Part shown: piece by piece, positions 47,590-57,025 of the stretch
Layout of the letters: each line of letters begins with the position of its first letter
Numbering within the stretch: the first letter of the stretch is position 1
Assembly (NCBI GenBank): GCA_963552075.1
Contig: CAUVJL010000001.1
Location: 394-64,393, forward strand
Source: an uncultured Neisseria sp.
Lineage (GTDB): Bacteria; Pseudomonadota; Gammaproteobacteria; Burkholderiales; Neisseriaceae
Reading direction: 5' to 3'
DNA: 64,000 nt
Made by a program: the position numbers and the translations under genes
The notes under the pieces: generated by a model
Database searches by the model: none
What the model was told of the DNA's origin: nothing
What the model saw: only the letters and a program-made list of their open reading frames with translations

Positions 47590-49599
47590 ATGGAAAAAAT
47601 TACTCACCAAAATCTACATCCCTTACTTTCCAAAAGCCTGACCGACACCGATTTCGTCCTTATCCTCAACGCCTTAATCAAATTCCTGCGGCGCGGCGGC
47701 AAAAAACAGGCGGCAGAACGCTTCGACCTGATTATCTCCACGCTCAAACAAGACGAAGAACTCGGAAAAAACTTCAGTGGCCGCTTCTACCACTGGCTTT
47801 CGCAAGTCCACATCTATCCCGCGCTGATCAAACTCGGCATCTTCTCGCGCCACAGCTTTACCCGCGAGATGGGCATACGCATATACGAACGCTTCAGCCC
47901 GTCCTACAAAGACTTTGCCAACCTGCGCGAAGTGTTCCTCTACCTTTTCCACTCCGAAAACGACGACAAATGGCTGCAAACCCTCAGCATCCGCCAATGG
48001 TTGAGCCTGTACGACCTGATCCGCACCAGCGCCGATCCCGCCTTGCTGCAAAACGCCTGCCGCCAGTTGGTTGACGCTCGTCTGCGCGCCATCGAAATGC
48101 TGGCCATTTGGATTGCCTCCGAAGCCATCGAACCCGACCTCATCCGCATCGCCCCGCGCCTGCTCGAAGCCGATTCGCCCTTCGTCGCCCTCCAGCGCGA
48201 AACCGCCAAACTGGTCGAACACTACCGCAACGACACCACCCCTTACGACACCGCCCACCTTGAAGTCATGTTCGACCAATGTTGCAGTCAGATCGACTAT
48301 CTGCGCCGAAAAGGGACGGGCGCAGGTTCAGGCTCGTCCGTCAAAGTCGCCCACCTGCTCGAACGGCTCCAGCAGACCGTAGATCGCCTGAAATTGCTCA
48401 CCGACATCCAAACCGATGCCGGCAACCGCAACCGCCTGACCATTACCCTGATGAACTCCCTCATCTACGCCGCGGTCGAGCAATACAGTACCCGCCACCT
48501 GCGCCGCAGCAGCATACGCATGCTCGCCCGCAGCATTACCGAAAACAAAAGCCACCACGGCGAGCATTACATCACCCGCAACCGCAAAGAATATTTCAAA
48601 ATGTTCTATTCCGCGGCGGGTGGCGGCGTCATCATCGCCCTGATGGCACTGCACAAAATCCATATCGGCACACTCGGCTTCAGCCCCTTCGTTACCTCCT
48701 TGCTGTCAGGGCTCAACTACGGCATAGGCTTCATGCTCATCCATATGCTGCACTGCACCGTCGCCACCAAACAGCCCGCCATGACCGCCGCCAGCTTCGC
48801 CGAACAGGTCGATCTCAACGAAGGCGGCAAAGCGGTGGACAACAAGCTCGCCAAGCTCCTTATCGACGTATGCCGCTCCCAAAGCGTCGCTGTCTTCGGC
48901 AACGTTTCCATCGCCATCCTTTTGGCGTGTGCCATATCGTTCGGCTATGCCCATCTGCATCAACAGCCCATACTCGATGCCCACACCACCGCCTACCAGT
49001 TCAAATCCATAGACATCATCAATCATCCGACCCTATGGTATGCCGCTATTGCAGGCTTGTGGCTGTTCTGTTCTGGTATCATCGCAGGTTTCTTCGACAA
49101 CCGCGCCGACTACCTCAACCTGCGCCAACGCCTGCCCTTCAACCCCTTGTTGCGCAAAATCATGCGCCCCAAACCCCGCCGCATCCTCGCCGCCTACATC
49201 CACAAACACTACGGCTCGCTGGTCGGCAACTTCATCTTCGGTATGCTCTTGGGCATGACCGGCTACTTCGGACACCTCCTCGGCCTACCGCTGGACATCC
49301 GCCATGTCGCCTTCTCCTCCGCCAACCTCGGCTATGCCGCCGTCAGCGGCAACGTCGGCTTTGGTACATTCATGCTCGGCATTTGCAGCGTCCTCGCCAT
49401 CGGTTTGGTCAACCTCATCGTCAGCTTCACCCTCGCCCTCTTCGTCGCCCTGCGCTCGCGCGGCACGAAAATCGGCAGCGTCGGCAATTTGTGCAAAAGC
49501 TTCTGGCAGCAGATTAAGGCCAACCCGCTGATCTTGTTTTTCCCGGTTACGCCGGTTCAGACCAAAGAGCCGGTCAAAGAGCAGGGAGAAAAGCATTAA
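47590..49599 (+). CDS. Gcr-type 'site-specific recombinase' family polytopic membrane protein
   Basis: About 670 aa. Soluble N-terminal half followed by multiple TM segments. Resembles the neisserial Gcr (SpecificRecomb) family as far as I can judge by eye. Confidence 0.7.
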   Translation: MEKITHQNLHPLLSKSLTDTDFVLILNALIKFLRRGGKKQAAERFDLIISTLKQDEELGKNFSGRFYHWLSQVHIYPALIKLGIFSRHSFTREMGIRIYERFSPSYKDFANLREVFLYLFHSENDDKWLQTLSIRQWLSLYDLIRTSADPALLQNACRQLVDARLRAIEMLAIWIASEAIEPDLIRIAPRLLEADSPFVALQRETAKLVEHYRNDTTPYDTAHLEVMFDQCCSQIDYLRRKGTGAGSGSSVKVAHLLERLQQTVDRLKLLTDIQTDAGNRNRLTITLMNSLIYAAVEQYSTRHLRRSSIRMLARSITENKSHHGEHYITRNRKEYFKMFYSAAGGGVIIALMALHKIHIGTLGFSPFVTSLLSGLNYGIGFMLIHMLHCTVATKQPAMTAASFAEQVDLNEGGKAVDNKLAKLLIDVCRSQSVAVFGNVSIAILLACAISFGYAHLHQQPILDAHTTAYQFKSIDIINHPTLWYAAIAGLWLFCSGIIAGFFDNRADYLNLRQRLPFNPLLRKIMRPKPRRILAAYIHKHYGSLVGNFIFGMLLGMTGYFGHLLGLPLDIRHVAFSSANLGYAAVSGNVGFGTFMLGICSVLAIGLVNLIVSFTLALFVALRSRGTKIGSVGNLCKSFWQQIKANPLILFFPVTPVQTKEPVKEQGEKH

Positions 49600-49654
49600 G
49601 GCAAGCCGACAGACAGCGCTTCAGTAATCAACCTCTTTTTCAGACGACCCCGCT

Positions 49655-51271
49655 ATGCCCATCCTCGCTTGGAACACCCCGCCCGCCCCCGCCGAACTTG
49701 CCCGCGTGATCGAAACTCATCCCGCGCCGCTGTATCTGGTTGCCTGTCTGACCGAAAACCGCATTCCCGATTTTCCTTTGTCCGATGCCCCGACCGAGTT
49801 GGAAGGTCGTCTGAAAACCCGCCTCGACCAAGCCGTGAAATGCCTTCAGTTCAACAGCGTCAACTTTCTGGAAAACCTGCTGCCCGACATACATATCTGG
49901 TTTGTCCCGCCGCACCGCGCCGACAGCCTGCACGAACATTTCGACCGTATCGAATGGCAGACCGAAGCCGTACCGCAAGCCGCGCCCAAGCCCGTCAAAC
50001 CTTGGTTTAGACGACCTCAATCCACCACTCCGCCCGAACACGCGCTGATTATCGGCGCGGGCATAGCCGGCGCCGCGACCGCGCGCAAGCTGGCGGAACA
50101 CGGCGTGCGCGTTACCGTTTTGGAAACGGGCAAAGCGGCGCAAGGCGGCAGCGGCAACCGCCAAGGGCTGCTCTACGCCAAAATCTCGCCGCACGACACC
50201 GAGCAGACCGAACTGCTGCTGGCAGGCTACGGCTACACCCGCCGCCTGCTGCAAGACCTATTGCCCGATTCCGACGCATGGGGCGGCGACGGCGTGTTGC
50301 ATCTTAATTTTGACGAATCCGAACGCAAACGCAATCAGGCATTGGGTTTGCAGCAACATCACGCCCACCTTTACCGCAGCGTGTCCGCCGACGAAGCCGC
50401 GCAAATCGCGGGCATAGACGTCTTTTCAGACGGCCTCTACTGGCCGCAGGGCGTATGGCTGAACCCGCCCGCCGTCGTCCGCGCCTTGCTGAATCATCCG
50501 CTGATTGCGTTGCACGAAAACACGCCCTTATCCTCCGCCGAATACGACGGCGCAAACTGGACGGTACACACGCCGTGCGGCAGTTTCAGCGCAACCCACA
50601 TCATCTACTGCATGGGCGCGCACAGCCCGAACGCCGCCGATGCCAACGTCTCCGCTCTGCCGTTCCGCCAAATCCGCGGGCAAACCGGCGTAGCGGCGGC
50701 AAGCGGTTTTTCCACACGCCTGCGCTGCGCCCTATCCGGCGAAAGCTACATCAGCCCGAGCTGGCAAGGGCAACACTGTTACGGCGCAACCTTCGTCCTC
50801 AACAGCAACGACGACGCTTGGCACCCGCACGAAGAAACCGCCAACCGCGCCGCCTTGCAACAACTCAACCCGCCATTGGCGCAATCATTATTTGAACAAA
50901 ACCCGCTTCGTTCGGTTTCAGACGACCTCTCTGACCCGCCGCAAGGACACGCCGCCCTGCGCTGCGACAGCCCTGACCACCTGCCCGTCGTCGGCGCACT
51001 CGGTGACATCGCCGCCATGCAGACCGCCTACGCCAAACTCGCGTTGGACAAAAACTACCGCCTCGACAACATCCCCTGTCCCTACCTGCCGAACGCCTAC
51101 ATCAACACCGCACACGGCACCCGCGGACTCGCCACCGCCCCCGTCTGCGCCGCCGCCATTACCGCCGACATCCTCGGCCTGCCCCAGCCGCTGTCCCAAC
51201 GCCTGCGCACCGCCCTGCATCCAAACCGCGCCGTCATCCGCGCCATCGTGCGGCAGCAGCCTTTGCTTTGA
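49655..51271 (+). CDS. mnmC: FAD-dependent cmnm5s2U34 oxidoreductase (MnmC oxidase domain protein)
   Basis: DAO-type GxGxxG (IIGAGIAGAATARKL) at about residue 133. The MnmC-like C-terminal domain is present. The N-terminal region is only about 130 aa. An in-frame stop at 49625 prevents upstream extension. Confidence 0.75.
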   Translation: MPILAWNTPPAPAELARVIETHPAPLYLVACLTENRIPDFPLSDAPTELEGRLKTRLDQAVKCLQFNSVNFLENLLPDIHIWFVPPHRADSLHEHFDRIEWQTEAVPQAAPKPVKPWFRRPQSTTPPEHALIIGAGIAGAATARKLAEHGVRVTVLETGKAAQGGSGNRQGLLYAKISPHDTEQTELLLAGYGYTRRLLQDLLPDSDAWGGDGVLHLNFDESERKRNQALGLQQHHAHLYRSVSADEAAQIAGIDVFSDGLYWPQGVWLNPPAVVRALLNHPLIALHENTPLSSAEYDGANWTVHTPCGSFSATHIIYCMGAHSPNAADANVSALPFRQIRGQTGVAAASGFSTRLRCALSGESYISPSWQGQHCYGATFVLNSNDDAWHPHEETANRAALQQLNPPLAQSLFEQNPLRSVSDDLSDPPQGHAALRCDSPDHLPVVGALGDIAAMQTAYAKLALDKNYRLDNIPCPYLPNAYINTAHGTRGLATAPVCAAAITADILGLPQPLSQRLRTALHPNRAVIRAIVRQQPLL

Positions 51272-51428
51272 TGCGCAGGAGGTCGTCTGAAAAGCTGCCT
51301 GAGCACGCTGTCAATCGACCTCCGTTTCCACTATAATGTTGCATCCCATGACCATACGGAACAGGCCGTCTGTTTTCAGACGACCTGTTTCTTTATTTCC
51401 GCTTTTTTTTAAAATCCTACAAACACTT

Positions 51429-52808
51429 ATGCTGCTCGACCTCAACCGCTTTTCCTTTTCCGTCTTCCTGAAAGAAGTCCGCCTGCTGACCGCCCTTGCC
51501 CTGCCCATGCTGCTGGCGCAGGTCGCGCAGGTGGGCATCGGTTTCGTCGATACCGTGATGGCGGGCGATGCGAGTACGGAGGACTTGGCGGCGGTGGCGT
51601 TGGGCAGCGGCGCGTTTGCCACGGTTTATATTACGTTTATGGGCATTATGGCGGCGCTGAACTCGCTGATTGCCCAGCTTTACGGCGCGGGTAAAACCGA
51701 CGAAGTAGGCGAAACGGGGCGGCAGGGGATTTGGTTCGGGCTGTTTTTGGGGATTTTCGGCATGGTATTGATGTGGACGGCGATTACGCCGTTCCGCAAC
51801 TGGCTGACCTTGAGCGATTATGTGGAAGGCACGATGGCGCAGTATATGTTGTTCACCAGTCTGGCGATGCCGGCGGCAATGGTGCACCGCGCCTTACACG
51901 CCTACGCTTCCAGCCTGAACCGCCCGCGCCTGATTATGTTGGTCAGCTTCGCGGCGTTTGTGTTGAACGTACCGCTGAACTATATTTTCGTTTACGGCAA
52001 ATTCGGTATGCCCGCTTTGGGCGGCGCTGGCTGCGGATTGGCAACGATGGCGGTGTTTTGGTTCAGCGCGCTGGCGTTGTGGATTTATATCGCCAAGGAA
52101 AAATTCTTCCGCCCGTTCGGACTGACGGCGAAATTCGGCAAACCGGATTGGGCGGTGTTCAAACAGATTTGGAAAATCGGCGCGCCCATCGGGCTGTCTT
52201 ATTTTTTGGAAGCCAGCGCGTTTTCGTTTATCGTATTTTTGATTGCGCCTTTCGGCGAGGCTTATGTGGCGGCGCAGCAGGTCGGCATCAGTTTGTCGGG
52301 GATTCTCTATATGATTCCGCAAAGCGTCGGCTCGGCAGGGACGGTGCGCATCGGTTTTTCTCTGGGGCGGCGCGAATTTTCGCGGGCGCGTTATATTTCG
52401 GGCGTATCGCTGGTGTCGGGCTGGGCGCTCGCCGTGATTACCGTGCTTTCCTTGGTATTATTCCGTTCCTCGCTGGCAAGCATGTACAACAAGGATCCGG
52501 CGGTTTTAAGCATCGCCGCCACCGTCCTGCTGTTCGCCGGCTTGTTCCAACCGGCAGACTTCACCCAATGCATCGCGTCCTACGCCCTGCGCGGCTACAA
52601 AGTCACCAAGGTGCCGATGTTCATCCACGCCGCCGCCTTCTGGGGCTGCGGCCTGCTGCCGGGCTATCTGCTTGCCTACCGTTTCGATATGGGCATTTAC
52701 GGCTTCTGGACGGCATTGATTGCCTCGCTCACCATCGCAGCCGTCGCCTTGGTGTGGTGCTTGGAATTGTGCAGCAGGGAGATGGTCAGATCGCATAAGG
52801 TCGTCTGA
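51429..52808 (+). CDS. norM: MATE family multidrug efflux transporter NorM
   Basis: MLLDLNRFSFSVFLKEVRLLTALALPMLLAQVAQVGIGFVDTVMAG matches the neisserial NorM N-terminus. 12 TM. Confidence 0.92.
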   Translation: MLLDLNRFSFSVFLKEVRLLTALALPMLLAQVAQVGIGFVDTVMAGDASTEDLAAVALGSGAFATVYITFMGIMAALNSLIAQLYGAGKTDEVGETGRQGIWFGLFLGIFGMVLMWTAITPFRNWLTLSDYVEGTMAQYMLFTSLAMPAAMVHRALHAYASSLNRPRLIMLVSFAAFVLNVPLNYIFVYGKFGMPALGGAGCGLATMAVFWFSALALWIYIAKEKFFRPFGLTAKFGKPDWAVFKQIWKIGAPIGLSYFLEASAFSFIVFLIAPFGEAYVAAQQVGISLSGILYMIPQSVGSAGTVRIGFSLGRREFSRARYISGVSLVSGWALAVITVLSLVLFRSSLASMYNKDPAVLSIAATVLLFAGLFQPADFTQCIASYALRGYKVTKVPMFIHAAAFWGCGLLPGYLLAYRFDMGIYGFWTALIASLTIAAVALVWCLELCSREMVRSHKVV

Positions 52809-52827
52809 AATTTCTTTCAGACGACCT
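52798..52827. terminator. DUS-pair hairpin terminator
   Basis: AGGTCGTCTGAA at 52798-52809, which contains the norM stop codon, and TTCAGACGACCT at 52816-52827. Confidence 0.7.
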
Positions 52828-52872
52828 CCATTAATATTTCATTTACGGCTTATTCACTTTTAAGGGGAAAAA

Positions 52873-53646
52873 ATGTTTTCAACTTCCATTATAGAAAAAC
52901 TTGCTTACTATGTTTATTGCTTGATTGACCCTAGAGACGGCAATATTTTCTATGTAGGTAAAGGCGTGGGCAATCGCGTTTTCCATCATGCCTTAGGTTC
53001 ATTACAAGAAACAGAAACGCCAAGTGATAAAATTGCCTTGATTAGGGAAATACATAAAAGCGGACACCAGCCCGTGTATTACATTCTGCGGCACAACATC
53101 CAAACAGACAAACAGGCTTTTGAATATGAAGCGATGGCAATAGACCTACTCTCCCTAGTCAAGCCGAGCCAGCAGCCGCTGACTAATATTCAAGGAGGCA
53201 CGCATTCTGCTGAAGTAGGATTAATGAGTTTGTCGGAATTAAAACGAAAGTATGATGCTCAAGAATTAAAAACTGATAAACCCATTGTTTTAATTACGAT
53301 TAATAACGAATACGAGAAACTGAAAAAAGACATTAGATCCGGAAATATTCCTGAAGCCAATAGGGATAAGGAAATTTATGAACGCACACGGAAATATTGG
53401 AAAATCGGAAGCCGACGTGAAAAAGCAAAATATGCAGTTGCAGTCTATCGCGGCTGGACATTGGCAGTATATGAAATCGAAAGATGGATTTCTGCCGATG
53501 ATATTATTCAAGGCCGTTGGATGTTTGAAGGCAAGCCGTTACCAAAAGAGTCCAATATTTATCAAGAAATCGTGGATAAGCTGACCTATTCTTCCCAAGA
53601 AAACTATAAAGCGCCCCAAAACCCCATTACCTATCGTAATTGTTAA
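52873..53646 (+). CDS. GIY-YIG nuclease domain protein with uncharacterised C-terminal domain
   Basis: YYVYCLIDPRDGNIFYVGKGVGNRVFHH is a GIY-YIG motif. 257 aa. Low GC. AAGGGG RBS. Confidence 0.7.
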   Translation: MFSTSIIEKLAYYVYCLIDPRDGNIFYVGKGVGNRVFHHALGSLQETETPSDKIALIREIHKSGHQPVYYILRHNIQTDKQAFEYEAMAIDLLSLVKPSQQPLTNIQGGTHSAEVGLMSLSELKRKYDAQELKTDKPIVLITINNEYEKLKKDIRSGNIPEANRDKEIYERTRKYWKIGSRREKAKYAVAVYRGWTLAVYEIERWISADDIIQGRWMFEGKPLPKESNIYQEIVDKLTYSSQENYKAPQNPITYRNC

Positions 53647-53695
53647 ATAGTTAGTTTTCAGACGATCTGAATCCTCCATAAAATCACAAATCATC

Positions 53696-54736
53696 ATGCA
53701 ACCCATCCAATACCAAACCGACCTCACCCCCTACAACACCTTCGGCCTTCGCGCCCAAGCCCAAGCCTTTATCGCGCTTGAACACGCCGACGATTTGCGC
53801 GACATCGTCCGACTGCCCGAGTTCGACCGCGATACTGTTTTATGGCTCGGCGGCGGCAGCAACATCCTTTTGATGCAGGATTACGCCGGACTGGTCGTAC
53901 ATATGGAAAACAAAGGCATACGCGAGATTGCGCGTTCAGACGGCCTCGTTTACATCGAAGCGCAGGCGGGCGAAATCTGGCACGATTTTGTCCTGCACAC
54001 CGTCGCGCTGGGCTTGAACGGTCTGGAAAACCTGAGCCTGATTCCGGGTACGGTCGGCGCGTCGCCCGTGCAGAACATCGGTGCATACGGTGTGGAAGCT
54101 AAAGACGTGATTCACAGCGTACGCTGTTTCGATTTGGATACGGAAACCTTTGTCGAGCTTGCCAATGCCGATTGCCGCTTCGCCTACCGCGAAAGCCTGT
54201 TCAAGCAGGAAGGCAAAGGGCGTTATGTGATTGTTTCGGTCGTATTCGCCCTGAAAGAGCGTTTCGAGCCGAATTTGGGTTACGGCGATTTGGCGGCCGC
54301 CGTTGCCGAACTTAGCGCGGGCAGAATGCCGACGGCGAAAGACGTTTCCGATGCAGTGTGTGCAATCCGCAACAGTAAACTGCCTAATCCTAACGTACTT
54401 GGTAATGTCGGCAGTTTCTTTAAAAACCCCGTCGTCAGCGCGGAAAAAGCTGCCGCCCTGTTGCAGCAGCATCCGGATATGCCGCGCTATCCGCAGCCCG
54501 ACGGTTCGGTCAAACTCGCCGCCGGCTGGCTGATCGACCAATGTCGTCTGAAAGGCTTCCAATTCGGCGGCGCGGCGGTACACGACAGGCAGGCTTTGGT
54601 TTTAGTGAACAAAAACAATGCCTCTTCAGACGACGTTCGGAAATTGGCACAACATGTCTGCGATACAGTATTTACTCGATTTCAGGTAGAATTACACGCC
54701 GAACCCAATTGGCTGCCCGCTTCGTTCAGCCTATAA
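53696..54736 (+). CDS. murB: UDP-N-acetylenolpyruvoylglucosamine reductase
   Basis: FAD-binding PCMH domain (LGGGSNIL, PGTVGASPVQNIGAYG) and MurB C-terminal domain (GSFFKNP). Confidence 0.95.
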   Translation: MQPIQYQTDLTPYNTFGLRAQAQAFIALEHADDLRDIVRLPEFDRDTVLWLGGGSNILLMQDYAGLVVHMENKGIREIARSDGLVYIEAQAGEIWHDFVLHTVALGLNGLENLSLIPGTVGASPVQNIGAYGVEAKDVIHSVRCFDLDTETFVELANADCRFAYRESLFKQEGKGRYVIVSVVFALKERFEPNLGYGDLAAAVAELSAGRMPTAKDVSDAVCAIRNSKLPNPNVLGNVGSFFKNPVVSAEKAAALLQQHPDMPRYPQPDGSVKLAAGWLIDQCRLKGFQFGGAAVHDRQALVLVNKNNASSDDVRKLAQHVCDTVFTRFQVELHAEPNWLPASFSL

Positions 54737-54747
54737 ATCCAAGGAGT

Positions 54748-55398
54748 ATGCCCGTGACCCGCATTGCAAAAACCAATACTTACACCCGCATCATCGACGC
54801 CAGCCTGACGCTCTTCAACGAGGAAGGCGAGCGCAACATCAGCACCAACCATATTGCGGCGCATTTGGGCATCAGTCCGGGCAATCTCTATTACCACTTC
54901 CGCAACAAAGACGAAATCATCGTCCAACTGTTCAAACGTTACAGCGAAGCCCTGCTGGCATACCTGAATGAAGCCGTGTTGCCGTCCGATGTGGAAGACT
55001 CCATCAACTATATGGCGGGCATTTACGACGTCATGTGGGAATACCGCTTCCTCTTCAGCGACGTGAACACCCTGCTTGCGCGCAGTGCCGAACTTTTAGG
55101 CGAACACAATACCTTCACCCAAGCCAAAGTCTCTCCGCTCTTGGTCAACCTGCTCACCCAGCTCAACGGTCTGAACATCATCCAAGCCGACCAAACCGCC
55201 ATGAACGACCTTGCCGTCAATATGTGGATGGTTACGAAATACTGGTTCGACTTCGACAGCTCCTTACGCGGGCGTACCAAGCTGACCGAAGACTCCAAAG
55301 CACGCGGCATCCGCCGTACCTTAAGCCTCCTGCGTCCCTACCTCTTGCCGGAACACCGCGAGGAATACGACCGGAAAATAGGCGGTGCGCAGTCATAA
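54748..55398 (+). CDS. TetR/AcrR family transcriptional regulator
   Basis: HTH (IIDASLTLFNEEGERNISTNHIAAHLGISPGNLYYHFRNKDEI). Start at ATG 54748 with AAGGAG RBS. Confidence 0.85.
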   Translation: MPVTRIAKTNTYTRIIDASLTLFNEEGERNISTNHIAAHLGISPGNLYYHFRNKDEIIVQLFKRYSEALLAYLNEAVLPSDVEDSINYMAGIYDVMWEYRFLFSDVNTLLARSAELLGEHNTFTQAKVSPLLVNLLTQLNGLNIIQADQTAMNDLAVNMWMVTKYWFDFDSSLRGRTKLTEDSKARGIRRTLSLLRPYLLPEHREEYDRKIGGAQS

Positions 55399-55445
55399 TT
55401 TCCATGCCGTCTGAGCCTATTTCCAGACGGCATTCATCTATAAAC

Positions 55446-56255
55446 ATGATACATACCCCTCCTTCCGCCTCCCCCGACGCATCTATCTTAGGCCTAGGCT
55501 ACCTCGGCCGTCCTTTGGCGCAGAAACTCTACGAACACGGCAGCAGTGTCGCCGCAGTCAAGCGCAGCCTGACTTCGGACGATATTAATCTGCCCATACA
55601 CCTCGACACCCTCGACCTCAATCAAGACAGCGTGTTTCAAAGCGCGAACCTTGCCCGCGATACAAGCTTTTGGCGGCACCACGCCGACAAACCCGTTTGG
55701 TTCTGCCTCTTGCCGCCATCCTCGCTGACGCATTACGCCGATACCGTCAAACAATGGGCAGAACTTGCCCGAGCGTGTAACGTGCAACATCTGATTTTTA
55801 CGAGCAGCACCAGTGTTTACGGCGATAAAGCGCGCGAATGCGACGAAACTTCCGCACCCGATCCGCAAACCGAGTCCGCCCGCCAAATCCTCGCCGCCGA
55901 GCAATACCTGCTCGACAGCGGCGTGCCGAACATCGACATCCTGCGGCTGGGCGGGCTTTATTGCACCGAACGCCACCCCGTCAGCCGCCTCGTTCAAAAA
56001 CAAAACATCTCGGGTGGCAACCGGCCCGTCAATATCGTCCACCGCGACATTGCCGTCGAAACCCTGTTTCAGACGACCCTCCATCCAAACGGCAGGCGCA
56101 TCCGCAACATCGTCGAACCGCGCCACCCGACCCGCCGCGATTTCTACACCGCCGAAGCCGCCAAACTCGGCCTCCCGCCGCCCGATTTCGCGCCCGACGG
56201 CACCGGCGGCGGCAAAATTGTAAATACCGTTTCCGCCGACGGATTAAGCCTGTAA
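55446..56255 (+). CDS. NAD(P)-binding Rossmann-fold (SDR/epimerase-like) protein
   Basis: ILGLGYLG glycine-rich motif near the N-terminus and TSSTSVYG. Start chosen at MIHTPPS (55446). The upstream part of ORF 55035.. overlaps the TetR gene in another frame. Confidence 0.65.
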   Translation: MIHTPPSASPDASILGLGYLGRPLAQKLYEHGSSVAAVKRSLTSDDINLPIHLDTLDLNQDSVFQSANLARDTSFWRHHADKPVWFCLLPPSSLTHYADTVKQWAELARACNVQHLIFTSSTSVYGDKARECDETSAPDPQTESARQILAAEQYLLDSGVPNIDILRLGGLYCTERHPVSRLVQKQNISGGNRPVNIVHRDIAVETLFQTTLHPNGRRIRNIVEPRHPTRRDFYTAEAAKLGLPPPDFAPDGTGGGKIVNTVSADGLSL

Positions 56256-56334
56256 AATTGGCGCTCCGCAACCGTTTCAGACGACCTTTCGGCAGCGGCA
56301 AAACCAAAACCAAAAAACACAGTCTTACTTAACG

Positions 56335-56398
56335 TAGTGAGTCGACAAAATCAGGATAAGGCGAAACATCGCCGCACAAATCAAGTTCACCCACTATA
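56335..56398. repeat. degenerate mini-Correia remnant
   Basis: TAGTGAGTCGACAAAATCAGGATAAGGCGA...CACCCACTATA keeps parts of both Correia termini. Confidence 0.35.
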
Positions 56399-56431
56399 CA
56401 ACCCCAAGCCCGAAAGTATCGAGAACACCCT

Positions 56432-57004
56432 ATGTCCGCCCTATTTCCCGTTATCAACCACCTGATACAGCAAAATCCGGAACATCAACAAGACCTGTCC
56501 CGCCTGTCAGGCAAAACCCTGAGCCTCAACCTCGCCGGATTCGGACTGACCGGACGCATCAATCACGACGGCTTCCTCGAAACCGCCGACCAACCCGCCG
56601 ACACCCTCATCACCTTCCACCAAAGCGCCATCCGCAAAATCCTCACCGGACAAGAACCCGGCGTCGGCGACATCAGCCTCGAAGGCGACCTCATGCTCGG
56701 CATGACCGTCCTGCCCATACTCGGCAGCCTGCGCTACTACGCTTCAGACGACCTCGCCCGCATCTTCGGCGACTCACTCGCAGGCAGCATCAGCGAACGC
56801 GCCGCAAACATCGGGCAAACCGTCAAAAAAATCGGACAAAGCATAGCCGAGCAAATCAGCGATTTTTCCCGCGAACCCGAATCCCCCGTTATCGACGCCG
56901 CCACCCTGTCCGCCTGGATGGAAGAAGTGGACAAACTGCGCGACGACGTTGCCCGCCTCAACGAACGCCTCGACCGGCTCGAACGCGACATCTGGATAGA
57001 CTAA
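56432..57004 (+). CDS. ubiJ: SCP2 domain protein, ubiquinone biosynthesis accessory factor UbiJ-like
   Basis: 190 aa. N-terminal SCP2-like region and C-terminal coiled coil (VDKLRDDVARLNERLDRLE), as in UbiJ/YigP. Confidence 0.65.
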   Translation: MSALFPVINHLIQQNPEHQQDLSRLSGKTLSLNLAGFGLTGRINHDGFLETADQPADTLITFHQSAIRKILTGQEPGVGDISLEGDLMLGMTVLPILGSLRYYASDDLARIFGDSLAGSISERAANIGQTVKKIGQSIAEQISDFSREPESPVIDAATLSAWMEEVDKLRDDVARLNERLDRLERDIWID

Positions 57005-57025
57005 TTTTCAGACGACCCCATGCCT

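Noticed and set aside
48279-49517. 412-aa ORF in an alternative + frame
   Set aside because: It is an Arg/Pro/His-rich low-complexity translation lying inside the Gcr-family gene. This is typical of an off-frame reading of GC-rich DNA.
51731-52798. 355-aa ORF in an alternative + frame
   Set aside because: It lies inside norM, whose frame matches the known neisserial NorM N-terminus and 12-TM pattern. The alternative frame is Arg/Gly-rich nonsense.
55035-55445. N-terminal 137 codons of ORF 55035..56255
   Set aside because: This part overlaps the TetR gene in another frame and is Arg/Pro-rich. The Rossmann-fold protein begins convincingly at ATG 55446.
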